NCBI RefSeq assembly: GCF_006345805.1
Contig: NC_043002.1
Location: 7,874,001 to 7,938,000, forward strand
Direction: 5' to 3'
From: Octopus sinensis
Lineage: Eukaryota
Length of the DNA: 64,000 nt
Part shown: one piece after another, positions 41,140 to 55,748 of the stretch
Position numbering within the stretch: the first letter of the stretch is position 1
How the letters are laid out: each line of letters begins with the position of its first letter
Program-made: the position numbers and the translations under genes
The notes under the pieces: model-generated
What the model saw: only the letters and a program-made list of their open reading frames with translations
Database searches by the model: none
Told to the model about the DNA's origin: nothing

Positions 41140-41523
41140 GGCTGCATGGTAAGAAGTTAGCGTCTCGACCACATGGTTCAGTGCTCACTCCACTGCGTGG
41201 CATCTTGGGCGAGTGTCTTCTACTATAGCCCCAAGTGGGCCAAATCATTTACACTTGATTTCATAGAAGTAAATTGAAGGAAGTCTGTCATATATCTTAT
41301 ATATACACGTGTGAGTGTGTCTTTGTGTCTGTGTTTGCCCCTCCCCCACCACTTGGACAACCGTTTTGGTGTCCTTCCATCTCCGTAACTTAGCGGTTAA
41401 GCAAAAGAATCAGTGAGAATAAGTATTAGGCTTTAAAAGTACTGGGAGCTATTTGGTCAACTAAGCTCTACAAGTCGGTGCCAACTCATAGCTACAGTCA
41501 ATGACTGAAACAAGTAAAACATA
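41140..41523 (+). mobile_element. Diverged SINE family B
   Basis: Head, body and tgactgaaacaagtaaaa tail are recognisable. Confidence 0.75.
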
Positions 41524-42047
41524 AGTTGTATGTATGTATATATGTTTGTAATAACAAAATAATAATTAAATCATATGCATATATACATACATAGATGCAC
41601 ATACCTACATCTATATGTATATATACATGCATATATGGGTACAGGATACCAAAAACACGTAAAACACGAGAAACGAAAACATAAAAGCAAAAACATGGAA
41701 ACCGACATTTTCAAACAACGAAAAAACAGAGTACGAGACATACAACACAAAGAATATTCCCCTTCTTCAGCTGTCCCTGCTTCGACTACTCCGTGTTTCG
41801 AAGGTAATGGCAAGACACGACTTCGTTGAAACAATCCTTCCCGCAAAGCAAATTATGTATGTATGTATGTATGTATGTATGTATGTATGTATGTATGTAT
41901 GTATGTATGAATGTATGTATGTATGAATGTATTGTTTACGTCATAAATTTCATAACCCAAAATTTACACGCTATTATTACATATATCTATCGAGATGCAC
42001 CTTCAAATATGTGTCCGCGTACGAGCATGCGAGCGTGCGTGTGTGTG

Positions 42048-42088
<41 letters not shown>

Positions 42089-42897
42089 TTGTATGTGTGT
42101 GTGTGCATGTTTCTGTATATATGTATGTGTGTGTGTATCTTTTAGCTTTTACCTTCTACTTGTTTCAGTCATTACACTTCCGCCTTGCAGGGGCACGACC
42201 TTGAAAAGTTTTTAGCTGATCCAATCGGATCCAGTCCTTCTTTTAAAGCCTGGTACTTACTCTATCGCTCTCTTTTACCGAACCACTAGTTTACGATGAT
42301 GCAAACTAACCCCAGTTGTCAAGCGGTGGTGGGTCCCAAACGCATACATAAAGCTACACACACACACACACACACATAGACAGAGCAAACCGTTTATTCT
42401 AATAGAAAATTCTTTACATATCTAACATGTAAAACTCGGTGATTCCTATTAGTAAATGAAACATATATAATGGTGAATAATAATACTCTTGAATTTTCCA
42501 ACTTCTTGTTTTTGTTTCACACACACACATGCACACATATCAATTTAATACACAACAATAAGAGCTACCAATAGTTTCATACTTTTATGATACTTTAACT
42601 TGACATATTTATAAAATACGTCATGCATCTCCAAGCGATCTTTTAGGCCCTCTTTACGTATCATGTATATTTTAAATACAAGGTCGCTGGAAAGTGAGAA
42701 AATAAGAAAAAATAAGAAAGTGGGTGCAAAAATGGAACACAAAGAAATGAAAGGAAGAAAACTAAAATCCCTGTTTACCTTAATTGCAGAAACCACAATT
42801 AATACAGTTGATATAGAACAAAATAACAGAAAATATGTCAGTTTGCGTCAGCAATTCAATCTGGAGCGTGAGATAGCCTCCAATTCGACAAAAGAAG

Positions 42898-43540
42898 CCT
42901 GTCCATGTGTTTACACCTGCTAAAAATTTTAGATCTGGAATTAAGTGAAGTATGAGGTCTTTCTGTTACGTATAAGTTACATTTCTTTGATCGGTTAACA
43001 TATTGTATTTCTCCACGATCCTCCGCTTGATTGTATGTGCTGTGGAGCTGGTCTTCAAACTTAATACGTGGCTAGCAAACTTAGTTGCATTACTTTGTCC
43101 ATGTGCCCGAAGGAAGTTAGGTGGTTTGCATAACGGTTTTTGAAATCGACTTGAAAACCCGATGTAATTCTTCTTTTCTATTGATTTATCTTCAAGTGCT
43201 GCTGTTACTTGTACCTCGCATATGACAGTGTTTATCATGCACGACTGGTCAAGTGGGAAAGCTTCAGAGTCTCGACAGTTACATCTTTTCCGATTTGTTG
43301 GATAACACTCGGTAGCTGCACAGGTCTACCCATTGTCTGTGAACCTTGCGACTTGTCCGGTTCAGCGGAACCATTCCTTTCAGCATTCTGCGATCACATT
43401 GTTTACTCAGCTCCGTTCTCGAATTATTTAATTTGGAATGGGCTCTCGTAATGATATTCCTATCAAAGATCATTCCATGGTCCTTTGCGTAGTATCCAGT
43501 CGATGTTCTATCCTCTTTGCAGCAGCCCTCGTCTCACATA
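42898..43540 (-). pseudogene. Penelope-like element GIY-YIG endonuclease region (decayed)
   Basis: CNCRDSEAFPLDQSC..KNYIG..(frameshift)FKNRYANHLTSF..RCKH, i.e. the PLE CNCR/CPL/YIG/C-x-H pattern. Confidence 0.75.
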
Positions 43541-43997
43541 TGAACATAGAAAAATCTAACCAGTATTTTACGCTTTGTATAATGCGCAAGTGTTTCTGTA
43601 AGCCGTCAGTCTTTATTATTAAACCAGTTGGCCCTATTACTCAATACAATACCGTCGACTCACCTCATTAGGTTTACCAGTAAAGAAATATTTGCTCATA
43701 ATCATGAGGAAGTGTGTAAAGTGTCCTGTAATAGACCCGGCCGACTTACATAACAATGGAAGTCAGCTTACTGAAACACCTGCATACTAGAAAAGCAAAA
43801 AATACCGGTTAAGTTTTCTGCGTATAATTGTTTCTATAGGGTGGCTTCGGTTCTGCCACATTAGCCTACCTGTTGTTATGATGGGTGTTATCAAACCACG
43901 TCGAGCCAGAAGAGTGGAATGTAGAATATTTCTACCGTGCCCAAAACTTTTGGTTATGTGTCGTGACTTCTGGCCCAGCTTTGTAAATGTCTATATA

Positions 43998-44045
<48 letters not shown>

Positions 44046-44181
44046 TATTATATATATATATATATCTTATATATATATATAATTATTTGAGGAAATATTA
44101 ATCCTAACTTACAGGAAAAATTCAATTTAGAAATACTAAATCAAATTTCACACAATATGATATATATATATATAATATATA

Positions 44182-44221
<40 letters not shown>

Positions 44222-44222
44222 C

Positions 44223-44512
44223 ATTAGAAAAACACCTTTCATCAATTCAATTAACAATTAAATTACAACATCTAGAAAATTACATATAATAGAAATATTA
44301 AAGTTAAAATAACAATAAAATACCGATGATTAAGTAAATTGTATATAATTGTTATTCTACCAATTATATACGTTTTTATTATTTTTTTTGCAATTTACTT
44401 AATCATTGGTATTTTATTGCTATTTTAATTTTAATATTTCTATTATATGTAATTTTCTAGATGGTGTAATTTAATTGTTCATTTTGAATTGATAAAAGGT
44501 GTTTTTTCTAAT
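44223..44512. repeat. AT-rich fold-back (~120-bp arms, ~50-bp spacer) between (TA)n tracts
   Basis: 44223-44341 is the reverse complement of 44391-44512 with few mismatches. Confidence 0.9.
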
Positions 44513-44858
44513 TTATATATATAACACATGCGCCTATATTTAGATTATATATAAACAGTCAGCATTCTCCATTCTATTGTATTGCCTTTGCGTAGCAGTT
44601 TATTCTAAATTTACCATTGAGTGCTTACAGTAAATGTTGAGCTCAGACTTGTATTGAAGAGAACATGTTTATATATCACCTTTTTTTTAGCTGAAATTGC
44701 TACAGGGGTGACTCGGAAGCTTAAAGTTCGTTTACTTGATACGAAAATCTATATCCTTCAGTACCAGTATAAGCTCATAAAAGTTAGTATATACTGTTTT
44801 ACATAACGAGTTCTGCGACTCCCATTTGTAAAACTAAACGCAACCCTTTCTTTCTCTC

Positions 44859-44895
<37 letters not shown>

Positions 44896-44961
44896 ATGTA
44901 TGTATGTATTTGTCGAAATATGTTAAACATACACTGCCATGCATATATTCAAACACAGTGA

Positions 44962-45007
<46 letters not shown>

Positions 45008-45560
45008 CACACACACTCACACATACACACACACAGAAAAGGAGAGAGAGAGAAAGACAGAGCGAAACGTTTGAGGAAGAAACACAGAAAGAGAGGATGT
45101 GAAAGAAAAGGTGTCGGGACGTGTGGAATGTAGAACGAAGAGGAATTCTTTTTTTCTTTTTGGCTTTAAAGGATCCGTTGTCTTTTGAACTACGAAATGG
45201 AACCATCGCATTAGTAACGATTCAGTAGTGCACAGAAAGTAACGCTGTTGTGTCAGAATTAACTCAGGGCAAGCAAAACTCACGACGTGGTTTCTAATCT
45301 AAGGCTGAAACCATTCCACTTTAGTCATTTATTTTCATATCGTATTTAGAGAAGAGCATCGTTGCTCGTTACGGGTTTTCACTGGGTTAATCAAAGTTTC
45401 ACTGAATGGTGACGGTGACAAGCGTTTAGCAGTTCATCTGTGGAAAGTGCTGAACTTTCGTCTGTTTTCTCGCCGATATCTGTATCTTATCTCTCTCTTG
45501 CTCCTCCTCCCTCTCTTTCTCATATATATATATACATACATACAAATATATATATATATA

Positions 45561-46035
<475 letters not shown>

Positions 46036-46037
46036 TA

Positions 46038-46088
<51 letters not shown>

Positions 46089-46094
46089 TATATA

Positions 46095-46140
<46 letters not shown>

Positions 46141-46145
46141 TATAT

Positions 46146-46270
46146 GTTTCTGACGAAGAGCTCCGCTCGAAACTTTAAACCTCCTTCTTTACTGAGCGTC
46201 CCATAATACTATACTTGTTCACGTCCTCGCGTTGTGTGTTTCCTCTTTGTGTTTTCATGTTTGGATTAAC
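46146..46270 (+). mobile_element. PLE-like short repeat family F with minimal HHR motif at 46146-46180
   Basis: GTTT-CTGACGA-A-GAGC TCC GCTC-GAAAC(T)TT-AAAC. Homologous to 50972-51185. Confidence 0.7.
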
Positions 46271-46519
46271 TTTATATATATATTATATATATATATATAT
46301 ACGGGCTTTTTGTATTCATTCGCTGCTTTCTTCCAAGGAATCTAATGCTCTTAGCTTGATTTTTCCTTGGGGCTGGCCAGATTGGAGCAATCTCAAAAAG
46401 CTACAAATGCTAAATGTTTAGCTTTTAGCTTTTGGAAAACAAGGAAGTTTCTTCAGAAATCATTTCGTCTACCTGTTGTTTCTAGCATGTTGATTTTTTG
46501 GTAGCACTCTAATATTTTT

Positions 46520-47060
46520 TACATCTACCATTTCAGTACTATTCTATCCATGCATGAAGCATCAGACGAAAGGTAAACATTGGGTGCTTTTCGTTTATTG
46601 AAAGCGTGTAGTTGGTGGATGGGCGATGTGGAGGACGGTGCATTGGGCGTTTTTTTTTAAAGAAATTAAACTTAAAAATTATATATTCCCCAGATTCATA
46701 ATCTCTGTATTTTTGTACGTGGATAAAAAAAAACAATTCGTGAAAAAGTTACAAATTAAGAAATTGTGGTGGGGACGGGAGGAAACTAAATTTTTGAAAA
46801 CGTGATTTCTGCGCAAAATCGTATTTTTATACGATGAAACAATACATAGCTTGTGATCCTTCTTAAGAACAGAAAACACTTTCATGCAAACCCATGCAAA
46901 CTGTACCACCACCCCAACCTCATTTTTAAACAAACAATAACTTCCATTACACCAGTAATGCAGCTCACTATATATCAGCTGTAGCTGATTCTGCCCATAA
47001 GAAAGGAACAAAAAATATGGCTGTAGGTCCTAACACTCGGGAACGCCGGATGCATTGCTA

Positions 47061-47061
<1 letters not shown>
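46520..47061 (+). mobile_element. Probable non-autonomous Helitron (3' end clear, 5' end approximate)
   Basis: CGGGAACGCCGGATGCATTG-CTAG|T at ~47038-47062 resembles the 28475 end. Confidence 0.5.
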
Positions 47062-47100
<39 letters not shown>

Positions 47101-47685
47101 ATATAGATATAGATATATATATATATATATATATAAGTTAAAATTTAATAATAATATATACTAATAATATAATATAATAATAATAATAATAATATAATAT
47201 AATAAAGCGACCATCATATTTTCGCTTTTGTATCTGGTTTGCAAGATTCTTTATGTGAATTCGTGTGTTGAAACAAATTTTGCTTTATCAATGTAGGTCA
47301 TTATCCCAATATTATTAACACACGCACTGGTTCAATTCCACTCCTTTATTATTAGTCAGTTGTTTACGTATCCCACTAACTAATCGGTTGTTTGTTTAAT
47401 TTGGTTAGACAGTAAGCCATTTGCTTTGCTTTTGTTTGTCAAAGCTCTTTCGTTGCTACTTTCGTAATAGTCTGTAACGGAAGCAGCGTTTGTCTGCTTG
47501 TAACCTTGTTGCGTGCGAGTAGATAGATAGATAGATTTGAAGATGCAAACAAGAAAATAGAACTCCAAACATGAGTATGTATACGGTTTTTATTAATAAT
47601 CGGCAGAAGTTACAGGGGTTGAGAGTTTCGTATACTGACACTTGTCAAACAGATTTCAAATCAAGAGGGCATACATTCATATACT

Positions 47686-47887
47686 TATTTCTTTATTGCC
47701 CACAAGGGGCTAAACACAAATAGGACAAACAATGACAGACAATGGGTAACTGGTACTTATTTAATCGACCCCGAAAGGATGAAAGGCAAAGTCGACCTCG
47801 GCAGAATTTGAACTCAGAACGTAACGACAGACGAGATACCGCAAAGCATTTCGCCCGGCGCGCTAACCTTTCTGCCAGCTCGCCGCC
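47686..47887 (-). mobile_element. SINE family A (internal deletion)
   Basis: Reverse complement of the consensus. Confidence 0.85.
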
Positions 47888-48221
47888 TTTTTGCTTGCAT
47901 ACATATATGTGAGTGTGGAACACATTCAAATATACATGCACATACGTACACACACTGATACATACAAACATCCACACGACTGACTATTGAATGTGCAGAC
48001 TGAATGTGAGAGGTGGGTAGCAAAATAAAGGTAGTTACTTTCGGTGACCTTAATTGTAAACAAAATAAACATATATAATTACATTGCGTTTTACGCATAC
48101 ATATCACTGCCATATATCCACACATATACAGATACAAACGTACATATATATGCACACGCATATATGTGAAACCATACGCACACAAATTTCTAAATACATA
48201 CATATAAGTATATAGACATAT

Positions 48222-48530
48222 GTGGAGGCGCAATGGCCCAGTGGTTAGGGCAGCGGACTCGCGGTCGTAGGATCGCGGTTTCGATTCCCAAACCGGGCGT
48301 TGTGAATGTTTATTGACCGAAAACACCTAAAGCTCCACGAGGCTCCCGCAGGGGTGGTGGTGGCGAACCCTGCTGTACTCTTTCGCCACAACTTTCTCTC
48401 ACTCTTTCTTCTGGCCTGCTTGCTTAGCCAGCGGGGTGGCGTCATTTGAAAGCTAAAACAATGCGAAGCGCATTGTGACCAGCGATGTGTAGCAACATGT
48501 GATAGCCTGGTCGGTCACGGTGATCACTGT
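48222..48530 (+). mobile_element. SINE family C (tail type 2) with 12-bp TSD
   Basis: Head and core homologous to 29222, tail unrelated. ATATAGACATAT at 48210-21 and 48532-43. Confidence 0.88.
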
Positions 48531-48696
48531 GATATAGACATATATATATACACACACATATACAAATTTAGAGAGATAAATTCGCACATATATATATATA
48601 CATTATTAGTTTCCAGATTTGGCACGACCATAAAATCGTAAGCCGAATGTGTGTGGCTTGGTGGTTAGGGATCTATATATATGTTTGCATGCATAT

Positions 48697-48880
48697 ATAT
48701 TTCTTTATTACCCACAAGGGGCTAAACATAGAGGGGACAAACAAGGACAGACAAATGGATTAAGTCGATTACATCGACCCCAGTGCGTAACTGGTACTAA
48801 ATTTATCGATTCATTCGAATAAAAATTCTTCAAAGCGGTGCCGCAGCATGTGCGCAGTCTAATGACTGAAACAAATAAAT
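48697..48880. mobile_element. SINE A 3' part (minus) fused to SINE B 3' fragment (plus)
   Basis: Family motifs in opposite orientations. Confidence 0.7.
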
Positions 48881-50290
48881 GATGTAGACTGGAGCATGCC
48901 CTGTAGAGCAAGGAGGAAACTTCCGGTTACTCTTAACAATTATATTGTATAAACAATTTCTTGTCCTCATCTGAATTCGCTGTATTCTGTATAAGAACGA
49001 TAGTTATCGATATTTCGTTCGTTTTCTTCGCTGAAATCTGGACGTGGGAGAGAAGGTAGTGATGCTGACAACAGTAACCAGATAGATAAATAAATACTAT
49101 AAAACAAAGCATGTTTGATCGTGACTTCCAGCCTTGCGTATTATTATGTGCGCGTGTTTTGTATGTATATTTGTGTTTGTGTGTGTGTTTTCCTTGTGAT
49201 ACTAACAATAACTTCTGTATGTAGTAAATTACAACACCTATTGTATTAATACAATATTATAAAAAACAAAATCACAATAACTCTGTTTATACAACCAAAG
49301 TACACTACTTTCAAACAAATAAATACATACACACTTATATATATATACACGGATGTACGCATTACATATTTACTCACATCTTTGCCGCCGCCATCGCCAC
49401 CCTTCTTTTAATGGACAATGTTACTGAAGAAAAGAAATCACACAAACACACAAAAAAAAAAGATGAAAAATAAAAGGAAAAGAAAATAATATTTACGAAA
49501 GCATGTAAGCATGTGAAAAACGAAATCTGTTATCCCACCCGGAGAAGTAGCCAAAGGAAGAAAGGGAAAAGGGGTGCCGGGTGGATCGGGTAGAAAAAAA
49601 AATAAATAAAAGCACATCAATAATCAATGAAACAAACAAACAAATTAGTGAGAAATCTTTCAAAGGAACAGTTTCCACCCATTCAGATCAAATCACTCCA
49701 AAAGTCGTGTGAAAAATACAATACAAATATATAAATAAAAGTGAAAATACAAACGTAAAATAATGAAAAAAAACCCATAAAACTAAAATAACGTAAATAT
49801 AAAAAAAAACAACAACATATAAACAACAACAACAGAAGAGAACAAGAAACTAACAAACAACAAATATAAACAGAGAAATACGACGAAAAAGGAGCAGAAA
49901 AACCTGCGTTCAACTTGATAGAACACTACTAGAGAGTCAGTGATGGGTGAAATTTCTTGGACTCTGATGCTACAATCTGTTCAGGCATTGCAACTAAATG
50001 CGAGCAGTAAATATATACACACAGACGTATAGATGATATGTATGCGTATATGCGTATGCGTTTGTGTGTATGCGTATAAACGGATAGAAAGTGATACACG
50101 CTCACGCATGTAAGAATGCTCGCACACACATTTAAATGCGTACACTCGCACGCATGTGTAAACTGGGAGTGTAGAATGCACATACGCGCCACGCGGTACT
50201 AGAACGCCTAGAAGAAGAAGAAAAAGAAGAAATTAATATATATCTGTAATATATATAGATAGATATATGTATGTATGTATGTATGTAATG

Positions 50291-50362
<72 letters not shown>

Positions 50363-50589
50363 AATACTGCGAAAGGGGGAAAGCGAGGGAAAGCAAAACG
50401 GGAACCCGCCACCAAAGAAAACCGCACTCGACTCGACGGAAGGATAAACTAGTCCCGCTGACAGAGAGATCCTTCTTCAAATGCAGTCGCTGTTACGACT
50501 CAACAGCCTCAACAGACATTGCACCACGATCAGTAGTTGATACGATTTCTTCGGGCACAGAACCATGGCCTCACGAGAACGACGGGTGC

Positions 50590-50662
<73 letters not shown>

Positions 50663-50971
50663 ATATATATTATATATAAATATATATTGTATCTAGTCCA
50701 CAGATGAAATCCAGAGATTCTCAGTATAGAAGTCATTAGTACTCGAAAGATTCCGTTTGTACTCTGTGTAAGTTGGACCTATTAATTTAATTATCTATAT
50801 ATTTATACATAAAATTCGTCATCTGGACGTCTCCACCTTTTACTTTCTCTTGTTTTGCGTCTATACATATTTGTATCTCATACCCAAACTTTTATGTTTA
50901 ATATATTTAATATAATTAATGTACCTAATTTGCTTATCTTCATAATTACCAATATATATATATATATATTT

Positions 50972-51185
50972 AGTTAATCCAAACATGAAAACACAAAGAG
51001 AAAACACAACAACGCGAGGACATGGAACAAGTATAGTATTATTGGACGCTTAGGAAAAGAAAGAAAGAAGGAGGATTTAACGTTTCGAGCGGAGCTTTTC
51101 GTCAGAAACATAGGAAAAGGAAAATTCCAAGGAAGGGAAGACGGAGGAAAAAATCGCCAACGATACACACGCGGTCACATTTTGA
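50972..51185 (-). mobile_element. Family F copy with minimal HHR motif at 51075-51110
   Basis: Minus strand reads TGTTT-CTGACGA-A-AAGC TCC GCTC-GAAACGTT^AAAT. Confidence 0.7.
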
Positions 51186-51189
51186 ATAT

Positions 51190-52261
51190 ATATATACTTT
51201 GGGTATGGTAGATGAGTTCAGCAAAAATTTAGATTCAAATGAATATGATACTTAAGTTGAGGCACCGGAATTTAGTATGGTATTATCCATACAATTTCAA
51301 AGTAAGGTGATTAAAATCAAAATAAGAAACAAGGATATCCAGAGGTAATGCAGTACGATCGTTTCACGTAACTCCATTTAATTGAATAATGCAATCATTA
51401 CATCTCAGCCCTACTTGATTATTTTATTTTATTTCTTTATTATTTTATAATTAGCCTTTATTTATTTATAAAATTAATCTAATTTTTGTATCCCTATAAA
51501 TTATACTGGTATATACACTACTTATAAAAAAAACTGCTTAGATTATAATTTTATTAATATATAATTAGCATGTTCCTTTACCTCAATACTCCTTTATTAA
51601 TACAAGTATATACCAATTAATCAATATTCACAGGTACCATGTGATGAGTAAGTATCTAAGTGTACTATATGTATAAATATTAAACTATTTCTGGATAATT
51701 TCTTTTCCTCCCTCTATTTTCGTAAGAGTTTGGTATATACTCAAAAGCATTCATAGATTTCTATCCTTTTGTTATAATATTCTTCTTAATAATCTTCTGA
51801 ATAACCGTAGACTTTAACTGTATAAGCTACATTGTTTAAAATATTTAACTATAGTACTATATGATAAGACTTCCCCTGTTTCATTATCAATGGTCTGCTA
51901 ATGGGCGACCCCCTTAATTGTCAGCTAACATCTTGTTTTAAGTTTTCCTTTACCAAACCTCATGATATTGCTTCTAATAAATCAGTGACAGGCAGAGTCT
52001 GTAATAATGTATATCTTCTTGATAACTTAGTAACTGGAGTGGAGACAACATGTTCTTTGTCTATCTCCTTAACTTCTTGGTGATTTTAGGTATAATTATA
52101 CTAATGTGTCCATCTGTTCTAATTTAATAAAATTCTGTCTTTGTGTAGTTGAGGATTCCTCTGCATTTTAAATTGATGTAAAGATTGCATTGTTCAATTA
52201 AATGGAGTTGCATGAAACGATCGTACTGCATTACCTCTGGATATCCTTGTTGCTTATTTTG

Positions 52262-52264
<3 letters not shown>
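51190..52264 (-). mobile_element. Probable PLE remnant with 90-bp inverted arms
   Basis: 51315-51404 is the reverse complement of 52176-52264. Both arms carry GAAAC-GATC-GTA. Stop-riddled reading frame on the minus strand in between. Confidence 0.5.
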
Positions 52265-52298
<34 letters not shown>

Positions 52299-52342
52299 AT
52301 ATATAATATATTATATATATATATATTATATAAAGGAAGAGT

Positions 52343-52525
52343 AAAGACCCCCATTTGATCTCGAAAGACCATGGGGGTACATCTAGAAAATCTCGCTCCG
52401 AGGTATAAGTGCAGTCTCTCCTCTCCACGCCACCAATGTTGTCCAAGCAAAAGGCAAAGGTTAATAAACTTTGACACTAGTGACGTCGCAATTAATTTGT
52501 TTCGTGGGAGCAACGTGAATAGAGT
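52343..52525 (-). mobile_element. Diverged 5'-truncated SINE family D
   Basis: aaagacccc..gaccatggg..agtgacgtcgcaa matches 45561-45790. Confidence 0.65.
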
Positions 52526-52537
52526 GCGTATGTATGT

Positions 52538-52584
<47 letters not shown>

Positions 52585-52709
52585 ATATATATATATATAT
52601 ATATATATGAAAATGGATGCGTGGCGTTCGATCATAAAATAATATAAATAATATATAAATATATGCTATATATTATCTATATATATATATATATATAATT
52701 AAATATATG

Positions 52710-52750
<41 letters not shown>

Positions 52751-52982
52751 CGATAGGTGAATGAATTATCCTATTTTTACCGTCAACATGGAAAATTCGA
52801 TGAACCGTTACCAGGGTAGCAAATTCACGGTTGAAGCGACCTGTCCAAGGATAGAAACCCCGGGTTCATGTGCAGAAATTTGTGTGTTATATATGTGTTG
52901 TCTTCGAAACATATGTCGAGAGTAAAGAATTTTGTTAACATCTTCGTTCAACTCCATTCATTTATTTATTCATATATATATG

Positions 52983-53060
<78 letters not shown>

Positions 53061-54326
53061 TATATATATATATATGGAGCCATATTTTATGTAAGAGTAT
53101 ATTTATGTTTGGTGTGCTTTGGTTGTGCTGTGTGTATCCCCATACCACTGCTTGACAACTAGTGTTCGTTAGTTTACGTTCCCTTAACATTAGCGTTTCG
53201 AAGAAAGAGGCCGATTGAATAAATAACAGACTTAGAAAATAAGTGCTAGGCTCGATTTGTTCGACTAAATACCTCAAAGTGACCCTGACTACAAAGGCAA
53301 GGGCTGTGTCTTCATTTTCCTTCCTCTATCCATAGACGCATGCTTAGGGCAGATTTATTCCCTCGGATATTATTTGCCGCATTCACCCACTTTTCAACGA
53401 ATTTGCTGGAAGTCAGTTATTTCCTCTCCACCTTCGACTCTTCTTCCTCCTGCTCTTCTGCCTCCAGTTCTTCCTTAAATTGAGTGAGTGGAACAGGTAA
53501 AGTGTACGCTACACATTTTTCTTAATTAGCTGAAGTTCACGATGAAATTGTAATGCAATGAACTGCTACTCAACCTAGGTAATCATCCGGCTGAGATTAC
53601 CTTAATGATGCTTACATTATCGCACGAATAACGATAACAATCCTTTCTATTTTCTTCTTTCTCCTTCTCCTTTTCCTCCTATTCTTCAACCCTAAACCAC
53701 ACCCATTCGTGCATAGTTTGGGTTTCACCCGTTGCTATATCGATCATTGGTTCTCTAAACTTACCTTCTTGATTTTTAAAAAAATATTTTTTTAACTTTT
53801 CTTTTTCCAATTTTTATGACTGGCTTTTCTATTGGGTTGAACTCAGCATTGTGTTGCAGCTGACTTAGAAATTCCGTGCTACACTGTAATCTTCATTAAT
53901 GCCATCTTAGCCTACATTGAGTAGAGTTCATTGAATAACAATTGCGTCATGAGCTTTGGCTACTTAAGAAACATATATAGCGTCCATTTTATCTGTTCCA
54001 CTCAATTTGGATTTTTGTTCACATTTTAACAGCGTTATTTGCTAACAGGGAACTATGTAGAAACTTCGATATGAGAACAAAGTGTGTAACTCAAAGCCAG
54101 TAAATTGTTATTGTATCTTATCGTATACTGTCCACTTTTTTCTATCTATACTAACCGCTAACTGCTTGAAGCTAACAAGTTTTCTACACTCGGATCCTCG
54201 GGTCATATTTACATATCAAAACTTATTAAGATACACACACACACATTCATACATACATATACCTGTGTATGCGTATGTTTATACTAAATATATTTGTATA
54301 TATGTATGCCGAGGTAATATTCTTAT

Positions 54327-54426
54327 NNNNNNNNNNNNNNNNNNNNNNNNNNNNNNNNNNNNNNNNNNNNNNNNNNNNNNNNNNNNNNNNNNNNNNNNNN
54401 NNNNNNNNNNNNNNNNNNNNNNNNNN
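54327..54426. other. Assembly gap (100 N)
   Basis: Run of N. Confidence 1.
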
Positions 54427-54602
54427 CTATCAAACGTCGGCTGGCATCTTGTTGAGATTTAATTCCGAACATCACCGCATCCCATCCCGGGGTCAAGATC
54501 CACATCAGTCGTGTCAGCAGCCAAGTGCAGTGACATTCGATCTACTGGCACACTGACAAACGATGATAATCTTATATCTATATCTGGTTGCAGTGTAAGC
54601 CT

Positions 54603-54640
<38 letters not shown>

Positions 54641-55670
54641 TATATATATATATATATATATATTTACACGCATACATACATAACATTTCTCGATATATAT
54701 ATGTAAGTATATATGTCCATATATATAAATGTGTATGTGTGTGCATGCGTATGCACACATACACTCACACACACGCACACATATAGATAAATCCGCATAC
54801 ACACACAGATACACCCTCATCACCATAAATATGTTGTACATAGAAAAAGTGAGAGGGATATATATATAGATAGATGTCATTTCTGTGTGGATTTGTGAAT
54901 AAGTATATATATATATATATGTGTGTGTATGTGTACATGCATGTGTGTGTGTGTGCGTGCGTGTTTGTGTACACTACATTTCGTTTATAAAAGATATTTT
55001 CTTTTGTACACTAACGAAATGTGTTCAAAGTTATGTGAGAGCATTTACAGTATAAAATGGTTTTATACAACGTAATAGTTGAAAATATGAGCATTTTAGC
55101 TTATACCCTTCAAATCGGTGAGCGGTTCGTTTCTTTACTAAGTTTAGATTCTGTATATCACATCCTCTTTTCTCATTAATCTCTTTTCTCCATCCCACCC
55201 TAAAGCTACACTCTTTCCAACTATAATTCATTTCCTTTGTACAGTTAAGAAGTTTGCTTCGCAATCAACCGGTCCCGAGTTCGACTCCACACACGGAGTG
55301 TTGAGCAAGTGTTGTTTTGTTTCTCTATTTCTCTTTCTTTAATTATAAGTCGGAGTCAACTGAAGCTTTCAGGTTTATGTAGTGACAGTCGTCTTCCATA
55401 ATTAACAACTGTAATGAAATGGTTGGATTTATCCTTTAAATACCCTCCGATTGGCTCCAGCAGGCTGAATCTTACGAACTGTGTTTTGACCAATCAACAT
55501 TTAAAGGATAAATCCAACCATTTCACTGTAGTTGACAGTTGTGGAATACGACGATTGTGTAAGGCTTGAAAGCATTAGTTTATTTCGATATTGCAAAATT
55601 GTAAAATTGTAAAACGGTAAAACTTGCAGATAATAAAATGTGAAAATCAAAGTTGGAATTTCATTGATTA

Positions 55671-55743
<73 letters not shown>

Positions 55744-55748
55744 TTGAT

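Noticed and set aside
41640-41845. Repeat with CAACGAAG...GAAAC and CTGAAGAAG on the minus strand, resembling an HHR
   Set aside because: Core, stem III and cleavage triplet cannot be assembled; too degenerate.
42520-42640. TGAAAC-TATTG-GTA downstream of the PLE endonuclease remnant (minus)
   Set aside because: No CUGANGA and no convincing stems.
53417-53496. Exon-like signals on both strands (minus EELEAEEQEEEESKVERK*; plus 29-nt exon 53468-53496)
   Set aside because: Both arise from one purine/pyrimidine-skewed low-complexity tract and cannot be discriminated.
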